A stretch of 62,275 nt of DNA, filler included, from Choristocarpus tenellus KU-1152 (GCA_964200185.2; 11 parts of 11 records of this genome joined end to end with filler, not necessarily neighbours in it), one strand, 5' to 3'. Counted from the whole stretch's first letter, positions 12,684-25,402 are shown. A program made the numbers and translations. The notes: generated from the sequence alone by a model not told the origin.

Positions 12684-13711
12684 TGAGGGGAAATCACAAA
12701 TGTGATTTGGAGTTGGGTAGTGGTGATGAAAGGAAGGTTGCCTTCTTGTATGGTACAATATATATATATATATATATATTTCCTGCAACCCTGAGTGGAT
12801 CAACTATGCCCACTTTAGCTAAGACAGACTCCACGTAAGCAGGAAGACATTGTATAGCATGTTGGTACGTATCATGTTGCTGTATTTGGGAAGTAGGATG
12901 GGAGGAACAGAAAATTAGATGCCTACTTTTCTGCTAGTTTATGTATTGAGGCATCCTACCTTAGAGGGGGGTCTTGTTAGACCCTTTTGAGTATTTGGTG
13001 CTTTTTAAATATTCTACCTGACACCCAAATTTCTCCTCAAATGCAGGTGCTGTAGACGGGGATAGGAACATTTGCCCTCATAAGTGAAAAATTACTATCC
13101 AGAGTGCTAGAAGCACATACATCATTAAGCAGCCACAGAGACCCCAAATAGTCAACAATACCCCCCTCTAAGGTACCAAGACTCTGATGTGTAGTAAACA
13201 TTTGGATGTTTGTAACATTGTTGAGGTCAGTAGTGGCCATCATAACCATTTAGTAACACTTCATTGTTATTCATAGAATCCCACATATATATGTCATGCA
13301 CGAAGCCTGGAAGACATGGTGTAGCCACGGGTAGGTAGTTCTGATTTATACATTTGGTTCTTTATAGTGACTGATAGTATTAGTAGTGCACGTCCTTTAT
13401 TGTGGCCAAATACTGACTGAACAGTCACTGCATACATCAGAGGGTGCTCATACCTCGAAGACTCTTGCTTAGTACATATACAATGTCAAATGAAGGCGAT
13501 CTCAATTTTTTTTTTTTAGGTGTTGCAAAATGGACCTAATTCTCATTGGTTCCATAATAGTAATTATCAAATAATGCCCATCTTTCACGCAGTATCAGGT
13601 AGAGGATGTATCACAAGTAAGGTATCAAGGGCCACGAGGTAAACCCACTGTATTTATATTTGTAAATATGTGTTACACTACCTGCAAGGTGGTCCATCAT
13701 TAAAAAAATAA

Positions 13712-13785
13712 CAGCCTCTCGCCAAAATTGAGGATGGAGCATACTATGGAGGATGGGTTTGACCCAAAATGGTGCGCGGAAAGTG
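13712..13785 (+). repeat. Dispersed repeat family E (contig end)
   Basis: Near-identical to 5163-5237. Confidence 0.85.
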
Positions 13786-13885
13786 NNNNNNNNNNNNNNN
13801 NNNNNNNNNNNNNNNNNNNNNNNNNNNNNTTAATTAATTAANNNNNNNNNNNNNNNNNNNNNNNNNNNNNNNNNNNNNNNNNNNN
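13786..13885. other. Artificial contig linker
   Basis: N44-TTAATTAATTAA-N44. Confidence 0.98.
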
Positions 13886-14219
13886 CCGGCGAGATTGCTT
13901 GGTGTCTGTAGAGTGATTGATTAGAGTTAGGTGGGGCATGCAAGGCCCTATAAAATCTAATTTTTCTCATACAGCTAATCACTAGTAAAAGGTACCGCTA
14001 ACTCAACCACTAATTGATTGTTCCTTTACTCCATACATATTTTACCGTAACTGTACGATAGAGTTGGAAAAGTCTAATCGAACAATCACCTTTATCCTCT
14101 TTGAGGATTTGGGAGATACTTTAACATGAGCTTGGTGCATTGTAAATGATCATCAATGGCAGCCATGAAAGAAATAATAATCAACAATCAACATACAACT
14201 GTGATCTTCAGCTGATAAG

Positions 14220-14500
14220 ATGAAAGAGCGAAAAATAAACAAGGGAACAACAGAACAAACTTGGAGCAATGTGCGATACAACTCAAGTAACGTATACTAT
14301 TCTTGCGTGTGGAACGCAGAGCAACTCTTCTGTACTACAGTGTTCTGATGGTTATTGATGCAGTGATGATAAACTTGTAACAGTATCGTCTCGAGCGTAA
14401 CAGACCAGTCAACAGTCAGTGTTGACTGGTGGAACTGTATCGTATCAATGAACAATCAGATGAGTAGCCTATGTTTTAACAACTCTTCCCCCTGCTTTAA
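14220..14500 (-). mobile_element. Polypurine tract and start of the 3' LTR of the copia element (far boundary uncertain)
   Basis: Minus strand AAAGCAGGGGGAAGAG followed by TGTTAAAACA at 14481, directly downstream of pol. An 11-bp perfect inverted repeat lies at 14404-14430. Confidence 0.5.
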
Positions 14501-14555
14501 GGCGAAAAAAGATCCTCTATCACTCTAAAACATACCACCAACACAAAAATTAATC

Positions 14556-15690
14556 TCACTTCATTCTACACAAAATATATCTAGAACGTGTATTGAAAGA
14601 CTCTTTCGGCAGATTCTTAGGTAAAAGATCTGCATGTTGGAACTAAGTAGGTAAATACCCAATTGCAGTATCCCCTTCCCTCTCCAACTGGTGTAGTTAT
14701 ATTGGTACCTCATAATAATGTACTTCATCCCCCCAGATACGACCTTCTGACCAATTTTAATTGCATCATCATTGTCCTCAACACTGATACAGAGTAATCC
14801 TCAAGAAGCGGTTCCATGAAAATGTGCACCTGGTTGAGGAACATGATCTCTTTCCCCAACTCACACAGGACAACATATTCAGCCTCAGCACCAGACAGTA
14901 ACGCCACTTTCTGCTTTCTACATCACCAGTCAACACATCCTCTCCCATATCACCACGCCATCAGAAGCAAACAATGCACTCTCCTTACAGTTAGCATAAT
15001 CAGTATCTGTACAGCCCATTGGCCAGTCCCTCGGTCCATTCTCATGCCAGTCAAAGTCTCCAAAGGCAATGTCATTCTCTATAGTACCTAACAGATAGCG
15101 TTTCATTCTCTCTCTTGATCCTATTGTCCATAAACTTGATCACCTCCCCAAAACTAATCACCAGGAACTTCTTGTTCAGACCCTCGATGATACCAATAGC
15201 ATTGCTTGACCCCAATTCCTCAGCTATCAAGATGCCATGTACATGTGTAATAATGATAATCACGACCTCGCCTTCCACAATCAATCTGAACAAACATAAA
15301 TCTTGTTCAGACTGTTCTAATCCTAGCTCCAACAAATTATCCACCACCAGAAATTGCTGTTCCAAGACGTCTGGACTATCCCATGCAGGGGCTTCATCAG
15401 CAACCCCATTGCCCCATCAAACTTCGCCACCCTCTCTCAATGTTTCACATAAAATAACTCCCCCTGGTCAGCCTGAGTGAAGGCCTTTCCATCACTATGA
15501 ATGAAGACATAATTCTGCTTCCCCACAAAGGCAAGCGGCGTGTGAAGGGAGATGTAGGTAGATGTAGGTGCAAACGACTCAAACTAATCCTTCCTCTTCC
15601 TCCATCTAAAGTCCCTGAACAACCAATCTAGCCTTTGACCAGTCCTCTGCTCGATTTGCATCATGTGAACACCATCTTGGTACTAAGTAC
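14556..15690 (-). mobile_element. Decayed Ty1/copia LTR-retrotransposon pol (RT + RNase H)
   Basis: Minus-strand fragments KARLVVQG and FAPT; GLEQSEQDLCLFRL...IIITHVHGILIA (degenerate YVDD region); ALLSGAEAEYV (RNase H S..EAEY); QHADLLPKNL. Many stops and frameshifts. Confidence 0.88.
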
Positions 15691-16099
15691 CTTACGAACA
15701 TCTGTTGAGCGAGGCACCTTGAATCCACATTCCCTTGGTACCCAAATTCATTGTCTTCCTCACTGACGGCCTCTTTGTCGAATAACTAGTTATCCTTACG
15801 TTGTGCGTGCTGATACAAGTATATAACACAGTTTCTTCATGTACGCTAATCTTTTGTTCAGTACAATGCACAGTACTAACGTACGTAACGGTATGATGAG
15901 TCAATCTTTGGTCATACGTCAGTGACAATGGATGGCTAAGAGGACAGCGGATTATTAATAAAGCGGTGTATGTTCACTATGTAACCCACCAGCAGCTTCA
16001 AGTGATGAGCCTTTCCTGTGCAAAGCTATTCAACACCCTTTATACAAGGGCCACTCCTCCAATTCCATTTCCTCTCTCATTCCCGGTGGAACAGTGGTA

Positions 16100-16620
16100 T
16101 CTCTATGTTTGACACTCTTGCTTCCCCACCAAAACCCAGACCAGCAAGTCTCTTCTCATACCTCAGTTGTCTGTCACACTTATGGTTCGCCTGGCTCAGG
16201 TGAAGGATTACTGTTGTGATCTGGGAGTATCAGTGACAACATTTTATTTCCACTCCCCTAAACGACTTTGGACCCATATTGCCCATGCCTGTATCCAATA
16301 AACCACCCGATCCTGCTTTGTCTAAGTCAAGCCCTTGCTCACAGCCTAGGATCCTGAGACAAATTCCACGTTATTCTCTCGCCTAGACTTGTCCACAGTC
16401 CCCCCACTCAGACTTGAATCCACTTCCTCGAATAGTAAAAACTCCTGATCCCAAATCCAAATCAGACTCCTTGTTGTCCACAACATCATCGCCGACCATA
16501 GCAGACAGTAGTTCGGAGTAAGATTTATTAACACGGTTCCTCCTATGGAATACCTTGCCTGAACTGAGAAATAGGACCCACAGTACACTGGGTCGTTCTA
16601 GGAAGGTCTCATTAGGGTCG
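16100..16620 (-). mobile_element. Possible decayed gag/aspartic-protease remnant of an LTR retrotransposon
   Basis: Minus strand GGLLDTGMG at about 16310-16281 (retropepsin DTG motif) downstream of a degenerate knuckle-like VYCGS. Frames are broken. Confidence 0.3.
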
Positions 16621-16719
16621 AGGCCAAGTGAAATTTTCTGAGAGGGTCCAAGTTTTGTTCTGTTTCTCATCTTGAGGCTTAGTTCTGTTCCTCAATTTGA
16701 GGCTTATTATGTTCCGATG

Positions 16720-16819
16720 NNNNNNNNNNNNNNNNNNNNNNNNNNNNNNNNNNNNNNNNNNNNTTAATTAATTAANNNNNNNNNNNNNNNNNNNNNNNNN
16801 NNNNNNNNNNNNNNNNNNN
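16720..16819. other. Artificial contig linker
   Basis: N44-TTAATTAATTAA-N44. Confidence 0.98.
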
Positions 16820-16875
16820 TTTTTTTTAGTTTGTGTTGTTGTTTTTTTTTTGTTTTTTTTTTTTTTTTTTTTTTT

Positions 16876-16916
<41 letters not shown>

Positions 16917-17921
16917 CGTTAGTCAGCAGCAGGCGATCGATCCGTAAATACAGTGTATGGGTGATGGGGGGAAAGGTGGAGAGAGGTTGGGTTCGTGTAC
17001 TATTATCAACTTGTCGCGAGGGAAAGGGTGGACTGGGGAAGGGGAAGGCACGTGTGTGGGGTGGGTGGGGTGGGGGGGGGGAGAAGGAATGTATCAAAAC
17101 CATTGGAGATGACCTTGCACACACGAGCTATTAATAGACATTACATCAAGTGTAAAGAAACTTCCCAGAATTGGCATCAATCGTCCAAAGGCCCCTTGTC
17201 CACCCCACTCATCTCTTGAGACAAAGCGTAACAACCCATGTCAATACTTATCAAGGCGGTCCGTGTGCCTTCATCTTGAAAAGAAATGGACACACAGCAG
17301 GATACCTCATGGATACAGGATTTTTCACACAGCAGCCGAAAGGGGAGAATAAAAAGAAAAAAGACAAAATACACATTGAAGTGAGAGGGAGCACCATCTT
17401 CCGGGGTAAGCACCACTGACATGTATTCACCCCTTGATAGAAAGAGGGCAGAACGGCTCAAGTCTTGCTTGTGTTACACCAACAGAAACTGCGTGAGTCG
17501 GAAAATAGATCGCTTCAAAAAAACGCCCCCCCAAGACTTGGCAAAATTTCTGCAGGCGGACATGATGCACAATGGACACAGTTTTGTGCTTTGCTGTAGC
17601 AGCACAGGTACTGTATGTATACTCCGGAGTATATACAGGGTTTTATTAACAGTGAACAGAGATACACAAAAAAATTAACGAAACACTTTTGCAAAATTCC
17701 TAACCCTGACAAATAGAACTTGAAAAAAGAGAAAAGAGTTATCTAGTAACACATAAAAAAATAAAACAGAAAAAGGCACCAAATTCACATCAGTCGTGTG
17801 AGCTTCCCATATAGACCCTGCAGTCCAATCAACACAGTTCTGCAAACACTTTGAACTAGAATCAGGCAATCCAAATACTGTCAGACATGAAGGAGAAAAA
17901 CATGCACCAAAACACATACAT

Positions 17922-17950
<29 letters not shown>
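17922..17950. repeat. (CA)n microsatellite starting at an HBS1 splice donor
   Basis: Direct reading. Confidence 0.9.
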
Positions 17951-17952
<2 letters not shown>

Positions 17953-20900
17953 CAAATCCAGACTCGAACTCCCCCGGAGTTGCAGGCACCACCAACACAG
18001 CGGCATCTGCTGCAGTTGCACCCCCAATCATCTTGGGGATGAAGTCTCGGTGGCCAGGGGCATCGAGAAGCGTGATGAGCTTTGTCTTTGTCTCAACATG
18101 CTTCTGAGCCACGTCAATTGTAACACCATGGACCCGCTCCTCTTGATCCTCATCCATTACCTGGGAGCGGGAAGGGCATTGACTAATTCATGGTAATACT
18201 ATTTGTATGCTACTTTGTCTGTATTGAATGCTGCTGTATCAAGAAAATGCTTCACTATATTTCTATCAATAGAATGGGCTGCAGGACGGCCACATGGATG
18301 AGCCAATAGGCTACGCCGATCAGTCGATGGGGTGACGCAACCGCCTTAGAAGTACAACAAAACCTACCGGCTCAATCTCTGTCATATTTGAATTGCAGGG
18401 GTCAGGGCAAGGAGGGGGTGACATACATGGGGTGGACATGCAATTCGTATGTTGATGGAAGATCTTGGGTTGCTGCATTTGAACACACCACAAGATGAAC
18501 ACTGTTGTTGCACAGGAGATAGAACTAAGGCACGCTGCAAGAGCAATACCGGCCAAAACTGGCATGAAAAAAAATGAAACAGCTGTTGCTGCTTTTCCTG
18601 GAAGAGGGTGCACAGTAGTAGTGGCTTGGATGTACATGCAAATCCTACTAATGGGTGCAGAGCAACAGACACTTGTAGCAATGCACCAAAAGGCTGGATA
18701 ACCATAAACACATGCGAGGTCGGGGTCAACTCAACAACCTTTACACGACTCACATCCTGCAAACACAAACCCTTCTACAAGATAAAACGTGACGGGGTGA
18801 TGCAACCGATGGAGATGGCAGCTACCCTTCATCGAGGGGTGGGTGTGGACTGTATAAGATGCCACTGGGTCACAGTGATGCACCATAGTACATTAAATAA
18901 CCTCAAATGGTGCGCTTCCACAAAGCAAACAAAATAACTGAGAGAAGCAAACCGCTAGCATCACCCCAACCCCCCCCCCCCCCCCCCCCCCCACAACAAA
19001 GCAGAACAACCCATCAAAATGTATACTGTTAAAAANNNNNNNNNNGCAAACAAAATAACTGAGAGAAGCAAACCGCTAGCATCACCCCAACCCCGCCCCC
19101 CCTCCCTCCCAAAACATCTGTCCAAACAGGCAGTCAAGTGTGACTCTGTAAATAAAAACAAACCCCGAGTCTACAATCCACTAACCCTAACCAAAGGCAG
19201 CACAGCACCCATATGGGGCAAGAGAGAAGACAGGTCTTCTATCTAGGTTCACTCACCCATGCAAGGAAAAAGCTGGCCTTCCCTGCTTCCTTTGCCTCCT
19301 TTTCCTGCTTGTGTAACGCACGCTGACTAACTTGGCCCAGCTTCACCAGCACCTATGAACATTCAAGCAAGCAAACAAACACTATCAAGCACAACACCAT
19401 GAAAGCCTGTGAGGACTCCCAGGCCTGTTGTAACAGTTAGGTACTGTCATATTTTAAACAAAAAGATTCTTGCAAAACGACTGAACCTCACACATCAGAC
19501 TATCACATACACACTAGCCCCCTCTTGAGGATATGCGCCATCTTGTACTGCGGTGAATTAGTCCCCGTCAACTAGGAAATGATCAAACAGAGCCCAAGCT
19601 TGGTAAAAGAAGGGATTGAGAATAAACACCAATATTCCTGCAGCCAAAGGTATCGATCAACATTCTTGGTCCAGGCAATCACTCCACCAACACCTCCCCA
19701 ATCCCCTTTTTGTGGCTCCCACTTGCCTGTCCCATCAAAGTGCTCTTGCCAGCATCCACATGCCCCACCACAACCATTGCCAGCCGCTCCTTGCCCTTCC
19801 CTACACTATCTTCTACGTCGCTTTCCCCACTCTCAATAAAATCTGCTGCAACACTAGCAACAACGGATGCCCCAGACCCTGATAGGTTGGTCCCCCCCCC
19901 TGAAGCAGGCAATGCCCCATCTGCAGTCTGATCTTGGGAGGGTGTTCCACTGGTCGGCGAAGAGCTCTGATTTACCATAGATGTGGAAAACTGGTGTTGA
20001 GCGGGCTTTTTCCCTGGGCTGACCCTATCCCTGTTTCCCTTGACCGACTTGCCACTCCCAACGTCACTGCTAAATTCCAATCCCCTGTCACCAGCTCCAC
20101 CCTTACGGCTGACTACCCCCACTCCTCCCCTCCCTGCCCGAGCCTGGCGGGCTAAGGCGAGGTCATCCGGAGATGGTGTGTCGAATTGGAATGTTCTAAC
20201 CGTGCTAGTCGTTGAGCCTGATATGCTTACTGGCATGAACACTGCATCGCCCTCGACAGCTGAGGCGCCTCCCGCGTCTGATTTCGCTATGGGTGGTGGG
20301 AGCGGTTGCGTTATGGTGGCATTTGACTCTCCTGCTGCCACCTGGTGACCCCGACCATCAACACGTAGTCCAAAGGCAAGCGAGGAGGGTGGCAGAGTTG
20401 ATACAGGCACATCAAGTGACTTGTTTGAAGGCTCCACCGTGGTGGAGATTTCACTGCTGAGGAGGATAGCCTCAGCAATGTCTACTTCATAGCCACTTGA
20501 AATTACAGCCCTTGCCACTTCACCACTGGGAAATCTCCCAGCGCCAAGACGACGTCCCAACTCAGCTGCAATGTCTGCAATGAGCTCGTCGTCTACCAAG
20601 TCGCTCCCTCCCGATCCCACAGTCACCTCCTGTCTCAGCTGCCCCCCCTGATCCCTCCCTACAGAAGGAACGTCGAAGTATGATGAAAGAGACACGCCGG
20701 CACTGTTGTCGGATCTGTTTCGCATGTACTGCTTGTGATCCTCGTCCATGAGAGTATCATCCTCCTCATCATCTGAATCACAAGACAAGAAGGTTGGGAA
20801 GGACGGCAAAAGGGTGTCAGAACAACTACATGGCAAAAAAATAGTTGGTCTTGGAAATCTTGCGCGGTGGAAGGCTCTAGGTGGGTAACTGCAGTACAAT

Positions 20901-21069
20901 ACATTGTTCAACAATGACACTTAAAATAGTGGACAACTCCATGGTAAATCAGGAAAATTTTGATGTACGAGAGCAAAGCCCTTCTACTATTGGTAGAGGA
21001 CTCACAATAGTCGTCTTCATTATCATCGTAAGAGAACTGACGATTGCGGACACCGCGATGTCTGGACAT
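17951..21069 (-). CDS. HBS1: HBS1-like translational GTPase (ribosome rescue factor), 3'-partial, 4 exons visible
   Basis: Exons 21069-21006 ([21 protein letters not shown], typical HBS1L N-terminus), 20772-19727 ([10 protein letters not shown]; [16 protein letters not shown] = G1), 19352-19257 (GKASFFLAW), 18160-17951 ([10 protein letters not shown] = G2, [10 protein letters not shown] = G3, GEFESGFE). All phases are compatible. Later exons were not found on this contig. Confidence 0.93.
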
Positions 21070-21263
21070 CGTCCCTGCCAACGTCCCGTACAGAAACAGG
21101 TTATCCCTTTGCCTGTCAACCTTCCTCTAACATCTACACTACAAACAGATAAGATCACACGCCTCCTGGGTTTTATGTACTTCTAAGTTTGAACGAGAAA
21201 GACCCTAGACAAAATAACACGATAGGAACTGGCACTTCCGTAAATGAGAGATTAGACCGCACA
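21070..21263. promoter_or_regulatory. Putative bidirectional promoter between HBS1 and NUP88-like start codons
   Basis: Divergent ATGs 194 bp apart on one contig, in a relatively CpG-rich neighbourhood. Confidence 0.6.
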
Positions 21264-21920
21264 ATGAGTCGTACCTCTCGATGCAGTCCCGCGACTCCCC
21301 AGCGGGAGTCTGTGCCCACCCCGATGCAGCAAGTCCTAACAGAGATATCCAAGTACTCCCCGCCACAGGCCCCCAGGTCAGAGGGAGGCACTGTTCAACT
21401 CATTGCTGTTAGCGAGCCACTAGATCTCGCCATACTCTGCTCTAGCAATATACTCCGCACGGTGAATCTCCTCGACGATTTCCCTGTCCTAAGGGAAATC
21501 CATTTTGCCCAGGATGACCTGGGTCACACTCGGTCGGAGTTGGACATGAGCCCTATGCTGCCGCCAGACATCAAGATTACAGGCATAGAGTTTTCCCCTG
21601 GTGGCGACTTCCTTCTCGTATGGGGAGAACATTACATAGGTGTGGCGTGCCTCCCCAGTCTTGGAGCGTGTCGCCACCGCTCATCTGCTGCCGCTGCCAC
21701 AGCTGCTGTTTCGAGACGCCGTCAAGGTGGTGAAGGTTTCCTGTGGGACATGTCAGGATATGCTGTCGATAAGAAGCAGGGACGAGTGATGCAGGCGTCC
21801 TGGAATCCGCTCAGTGATGAGTGCCTAACGATACTCACAGTGACGGATGGCAGAAGGAGTGGTCAGGGCGCAGGGGCATCCATCATGCTCCACATACCTG
21901 GGCGAGCTATGCCAGAGAAG
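21264..21920 (+). CDS. NUP88: Nucleoporin NUP88/Nup82-like N-terminal beta-propeller, first exon (3'-partial)
   Basis: 219-codon exon from ATG 21264 to donor AAG|GT at 21921. Contains ITGIEFSPGGDFLLVWGEHYIGV and VMQASWNPLSDECLTILT, resembling the Nup88 QASWHP.S...L.IL motif. Recognised by eye only. Confidence 0.65.
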
Positions 21921-22347
21921 GTTTGGTCTTTCCCATTAGGACCTCTTGGTCTGGAAATGCGATGATGCGCACGTCTATGCACCCCACAGTAGACCGTGAC
22001 CATACGATATTTCTCTCCCTATAGTGCCAATTTGAGTGTCCGTAACGGCCCTCGTTGTATCAGCTAAACGTGTATGACACGACCCACCAGTGTGTGCGTA
22101 AATGGGACACCCCGTGTACGTGTCTTGAAAATCACTTCAATGTCCCCTAGTGCATGTGCTAAGCTTTTGCATGTCGTCTCCCATCTGGCTGGTTCCCCTG
22201 ATCATTCACATTACCATTTAGTGGAGCCCCAAAACAACCGCATCTCACCTCTGTCTCCTTCGCCATCACCCTTCACAGACACAACCCCCATTTTCTCCCC
22301 TGCCCAACATCACTTTGCCCTTGCTTAACAAGACCCCCTGTCCCCCC

Positions 22348-22447
22348 NNNNNNNNNNNNNNNNNNNNNNNNNNNNNNNNNNNNNNNNNNNNTTAATTAAT
22401 TAANNNNNNNNNNNNNNNNNNNNNNNNNNNNNNNNNNNNNNNNNNNN
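22348..22447. other. Artificial contig linker
   Basis: N44-TTAATTAATTAA-N44. Confidence 0.98.
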
Positions 22448-22593
22448 TTTTTATAAAAATGAGTTTTAAAAAAAAATCGATCTTGGCATTTGCCCCCCTT
22501 GTCTTCTTTTTTTTAATGAAATGAGAAGGGGTCACCCGCGGCATTTCATTTTTAGTGAAATCGCGCCTTCCATGCATGTGCAATATAGGTTAC

Positions 22594-22763
22594 TGACCTG
22601 CGTTGAGTTGTTAAGAGTATTCTTCATTGACCTGCGTTGAGTTGTTAAGAATATTCTTGATTGACCTGCGTTGAGTTGTTAAGAGTATTCTTCATTGACC
22701 TGCGTTGAGTTGTTAAGAGTATTCTTCATTGACCTGCGTTGAGTTGTTAAGAATATTCTTCAT
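22594..22763. repeat. Minisatellite, 5 x 34 bp
   Basis: Unit TGACCTGCGTTGAGTTGTTAAGA(G/A)TATTCTT(C/G)AT, head-to-tail with no spacers. Confidence 0.95.
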
Positions 22764-22867
22764 TGTGCGTACATACACCTCAAATTTAAAAAAAGAATGT
22801 GTACCGTGCCCCCCCTTCCCTTTGGCCTGTGCTCTGATTGGCTGTGGAATGCGTTTGGCGCCCTCAG

Positions 22868-23182
22868 GCAACGGGCTCACAGGGGGCGTCAGAAGAAGAC
22901 AAGGTGAGAGGTGCGATTTTATCGATCTTTGGTCGGCTAGATGCTGCCCAGAAGGCAGCGACATCGTTTCAATTACCACCGGAGGAGGCTGTAGTGGAGG
23001 GAGGTGAACAGGAGGCGGAAGGGATGGAGGGGGGACCGGTGGAGGAGGAATTGGCTTCTGGTGTGAGGAGATCAAATCGACGGGCTCGCTCTGCAGCTGG
23101 TGCTTCTAGGGGTTCACTGGCACAGAGTCATTCCTTCTCAGTGCCACAAGGGGTGTTGACGGTTGGGGTAGTGGGTGCTTGA
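22868..23182 (+). CDS. Probable terminal exon of an unidentified gene (acidic, low complexity)
   Basis: CAG acceptor at 22865-22867, then an open frame ATGSQGASEEDKVRGAILSIFGRLDAAQKAA...EEELASG to stop 23182. Purine-rich, exon-like composition. Confidence 0.45.
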   Translation, partial: ATGSQGASEEDKVRGAILSIFGRLDAAQKAATSFQLPPEEAVVEGGEQEAEGMEGGPVEEELASGVRRSNRRARSAAGASRGSLAQSHSFSVPQGVLTVGVVGA

Positions 23183-23247
23183 GCCTGCGTGTGTTGGGGG
23201 GTGGTTGATATATTGCGACCTCTTTGCCTTGGGGGACCTCTTGTTGG

Positions 23248-23250
<3 letters not shown>

Positions 23251-23290
<40 letters not shown>
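23251..23290. repeat. (TC)20 microsatellite
   Basis: Direct reading. Confidence 0.9.
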
Positions 23291-23295
<5 letters not shown>

Positions 23296-25203
23296 GTTCA
23301 ATTGTATGGGTTTTGTAGAAAGATTTGAGATGGCGTTGTATATTAATATTGTTAGTTTGATGAGGGTTGGGTCGCCGCGGGGAGGGAGGGGAGGTCTTGA
23401 AACATGCAGAATTGTATTAAAGTGTTTGCTTTTGTGTTTTATATTAAAAGAAAAAGTGGCTAACCTGTTGTAGTAGCATTGTTTGGTGTAGTTACAAGAC
23501 TTTCTTTTGTGGGGTGGGGTGTTGAGGGTTGGGGTAGTGGGTGCTTGAGCCTGCGTGTGTTGGGGGGTGGTTGATATATNNNNNNNNNNGACTTTCTTTT
23601 GTGGGGTGGGGTGTCGGTGGTGGTGGTGGTGGTGGTGGTGGTGGTGTTTTCTGGTATTTTGGGACTGAGAGAACACTAGATATTTGATCTTGAGGGGATT
23701 TTAGGGACAAAAGTGAAGAAATGGGATGAAAGATGTAGAGTATTACCTCAAAGCAAGAAACAGTTTGGTTGTTTTGCATCTTGCGGTGGTAGATTTGGTC
23801 ACATGCACACCTGTTGGTACTATTGAGCGTTCTTGTAGCTTGGTGCTTATAATCCAGTTCTCCTGTGAGCATGTGCCCCTATGTCAAGTTTCAATTGAGA
23901 TGGGGTTTTCATATATTGGAAATCTTGTTTTAGTGGCTCTGGCGGAAAGTAGTTGCAGCTCTGGGTATCAGTGGACGGTCACAGGTGGCAGGAAGGCACC
24001 TGGGGTAGTTTCACCAGAGCAATGCTACGTAGTGGGAGGGCTGATGCCTATGTGCTGAAGGTAATAATTAGGACATGGGTAGAGGGGAGGAAGGCAGTCA
24101 TAAGGCAACTGATTGAGTTGAAATGCCTCTGACCTTGGGTCACGTTCTAGTCCAGGTTTGAAGTGTGGTGAGACATCATGCGATTATACAAGACGATGCA
24201 ACATCTAAGGAACAAAGATTTTCTGGCACCAGCCCTCTTGTTTGCCCTGCCCTACTGGGTAGTAATGGCGATAACTTGTGGAAATGAGGTATGGATGTGT
24301 TGTGGGTATGGCAAGACTGAAGAAGCGTTGAAGGAGGGAGCCAACGGTTAATTGCTGGAAGGGTCATGTCAGGAGGAGGGTAAAGTGAAGTTATTTGTTA
24401 AAGTGAAGACAATATACAATGCTCTGATAGCTGTGGGAGGAAGAAAGGTCTCACTGTCTCAACTTTCAGCAGTAGTCTACTATTGTTAGGCTGTGTATAG
24501 TACTCAGTAGTGCTGAACGTCTCCCATGGACTGACGAAACGTTTTTTGATGGAGGTGAGTGATAGGAGAAGATAAGAGGCAAGGGGAACAGTCTATCTTG
24601 GTCATCTTGTTCTGTTGGCAGCAGATACCTCGTCAAAGTAGGTTGCTCCCTCTCCGAACCTGTGGGCAGAGCAATGTACAAGTATTCCGCGTGAAATGGG
24701 GATGGTGGTTTGAGTGCAATTGCATCGATAGATTAACCTAAAGGGTGAATGATTCTTCCATTGCGGTCTCAACTGTGGAATCAAGTAGTAGTAGTAGCAG
24801 TATTATAGTAGTACTACTTGTATGTTCTTGTACTTGATTGTAGTCTTTATGGTAGCATAGTATGCGATTTTATCGAATTATAGTCTAGTGAAATGTAACT
24901 CCGCTTTGTTCGTATAGAAAGAGGACAACAACAAAAACTACGTCTATCTAAATAAGAGCTCTTCTCTACTGATGGAAGTGTAGAAAAACCATCTCTCATG
25001 CCCCAAATTCCGGGGCTTACTCTTATTGACTGACATTGACAATAGGAGGAACACCGTGTTATCACTACCTTGGCAGGCTGTAAAGCATGTTCCCCTTGTC
25101 TCACTATTAATATGCTAGTAGTAATATACTTCTCCAGTGCATTAGTAGGTGCGGTAAATATAAATTGAGTGAGGTAGAAAATATTACCCATAGATCAAAC
25201 ACA

Positions 25204-25241
25204 GAGTCAAAGTGAATGAGAGGTGCCCAATTTCACTTCGA
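25204..25241 (+). mobile_element. MITE family C left end, followed directly by repeat family E
   Basis: GAGTCAAAGTGAATGAGAGGTGCCC. Confidence 0.7.
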
Positions 25242-25302
25242 ACCGCCTCTCACCAAAATTGAGGATGGAGCATACTATGGAGGATGGGTTTGACCCAAAA
25301 TG
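25242..25302 (+). repeat. Dispersed repeat family E (contig end)
   Basis: Near-identical to 13712-13771. Confidence 0.85.
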
Positions 25303-25402
25303 NNNNNNNNNNNNNNNNNNNNNNNNNNNNNNNNNNNNNNNNNNNNTTAATTAATTAANNNNNNNNNNNNNNNNNNNNNNNNNNNNNNNNNNNNNNNNNN
25401 NN
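25303..25402. other. Artificial contig linker
   Basis: N44-TTAATTAATTAA-N44. Confidence 0.98.

Noticed and set aside
18925-19095. About 50-bp direct repeat flanking a short N gap
   Set aside because: Typical scaffolding overlap artefact next to a C homopolymer.
22594-22763. CRISPR-like array with a 34-bp unit
   Set aside because: Units are head-to-tail with no unique spacers, there are no cas genes, and the context is eukaryotic.
23151-23613. About 60-bp duplication (23151-23211 vs 23518-23579) and a further overlap across the 10-N gap
   Set aside because: Adjacent to a scaffold gap, so likely a local assembly artefact. It cannot be supported without reads.
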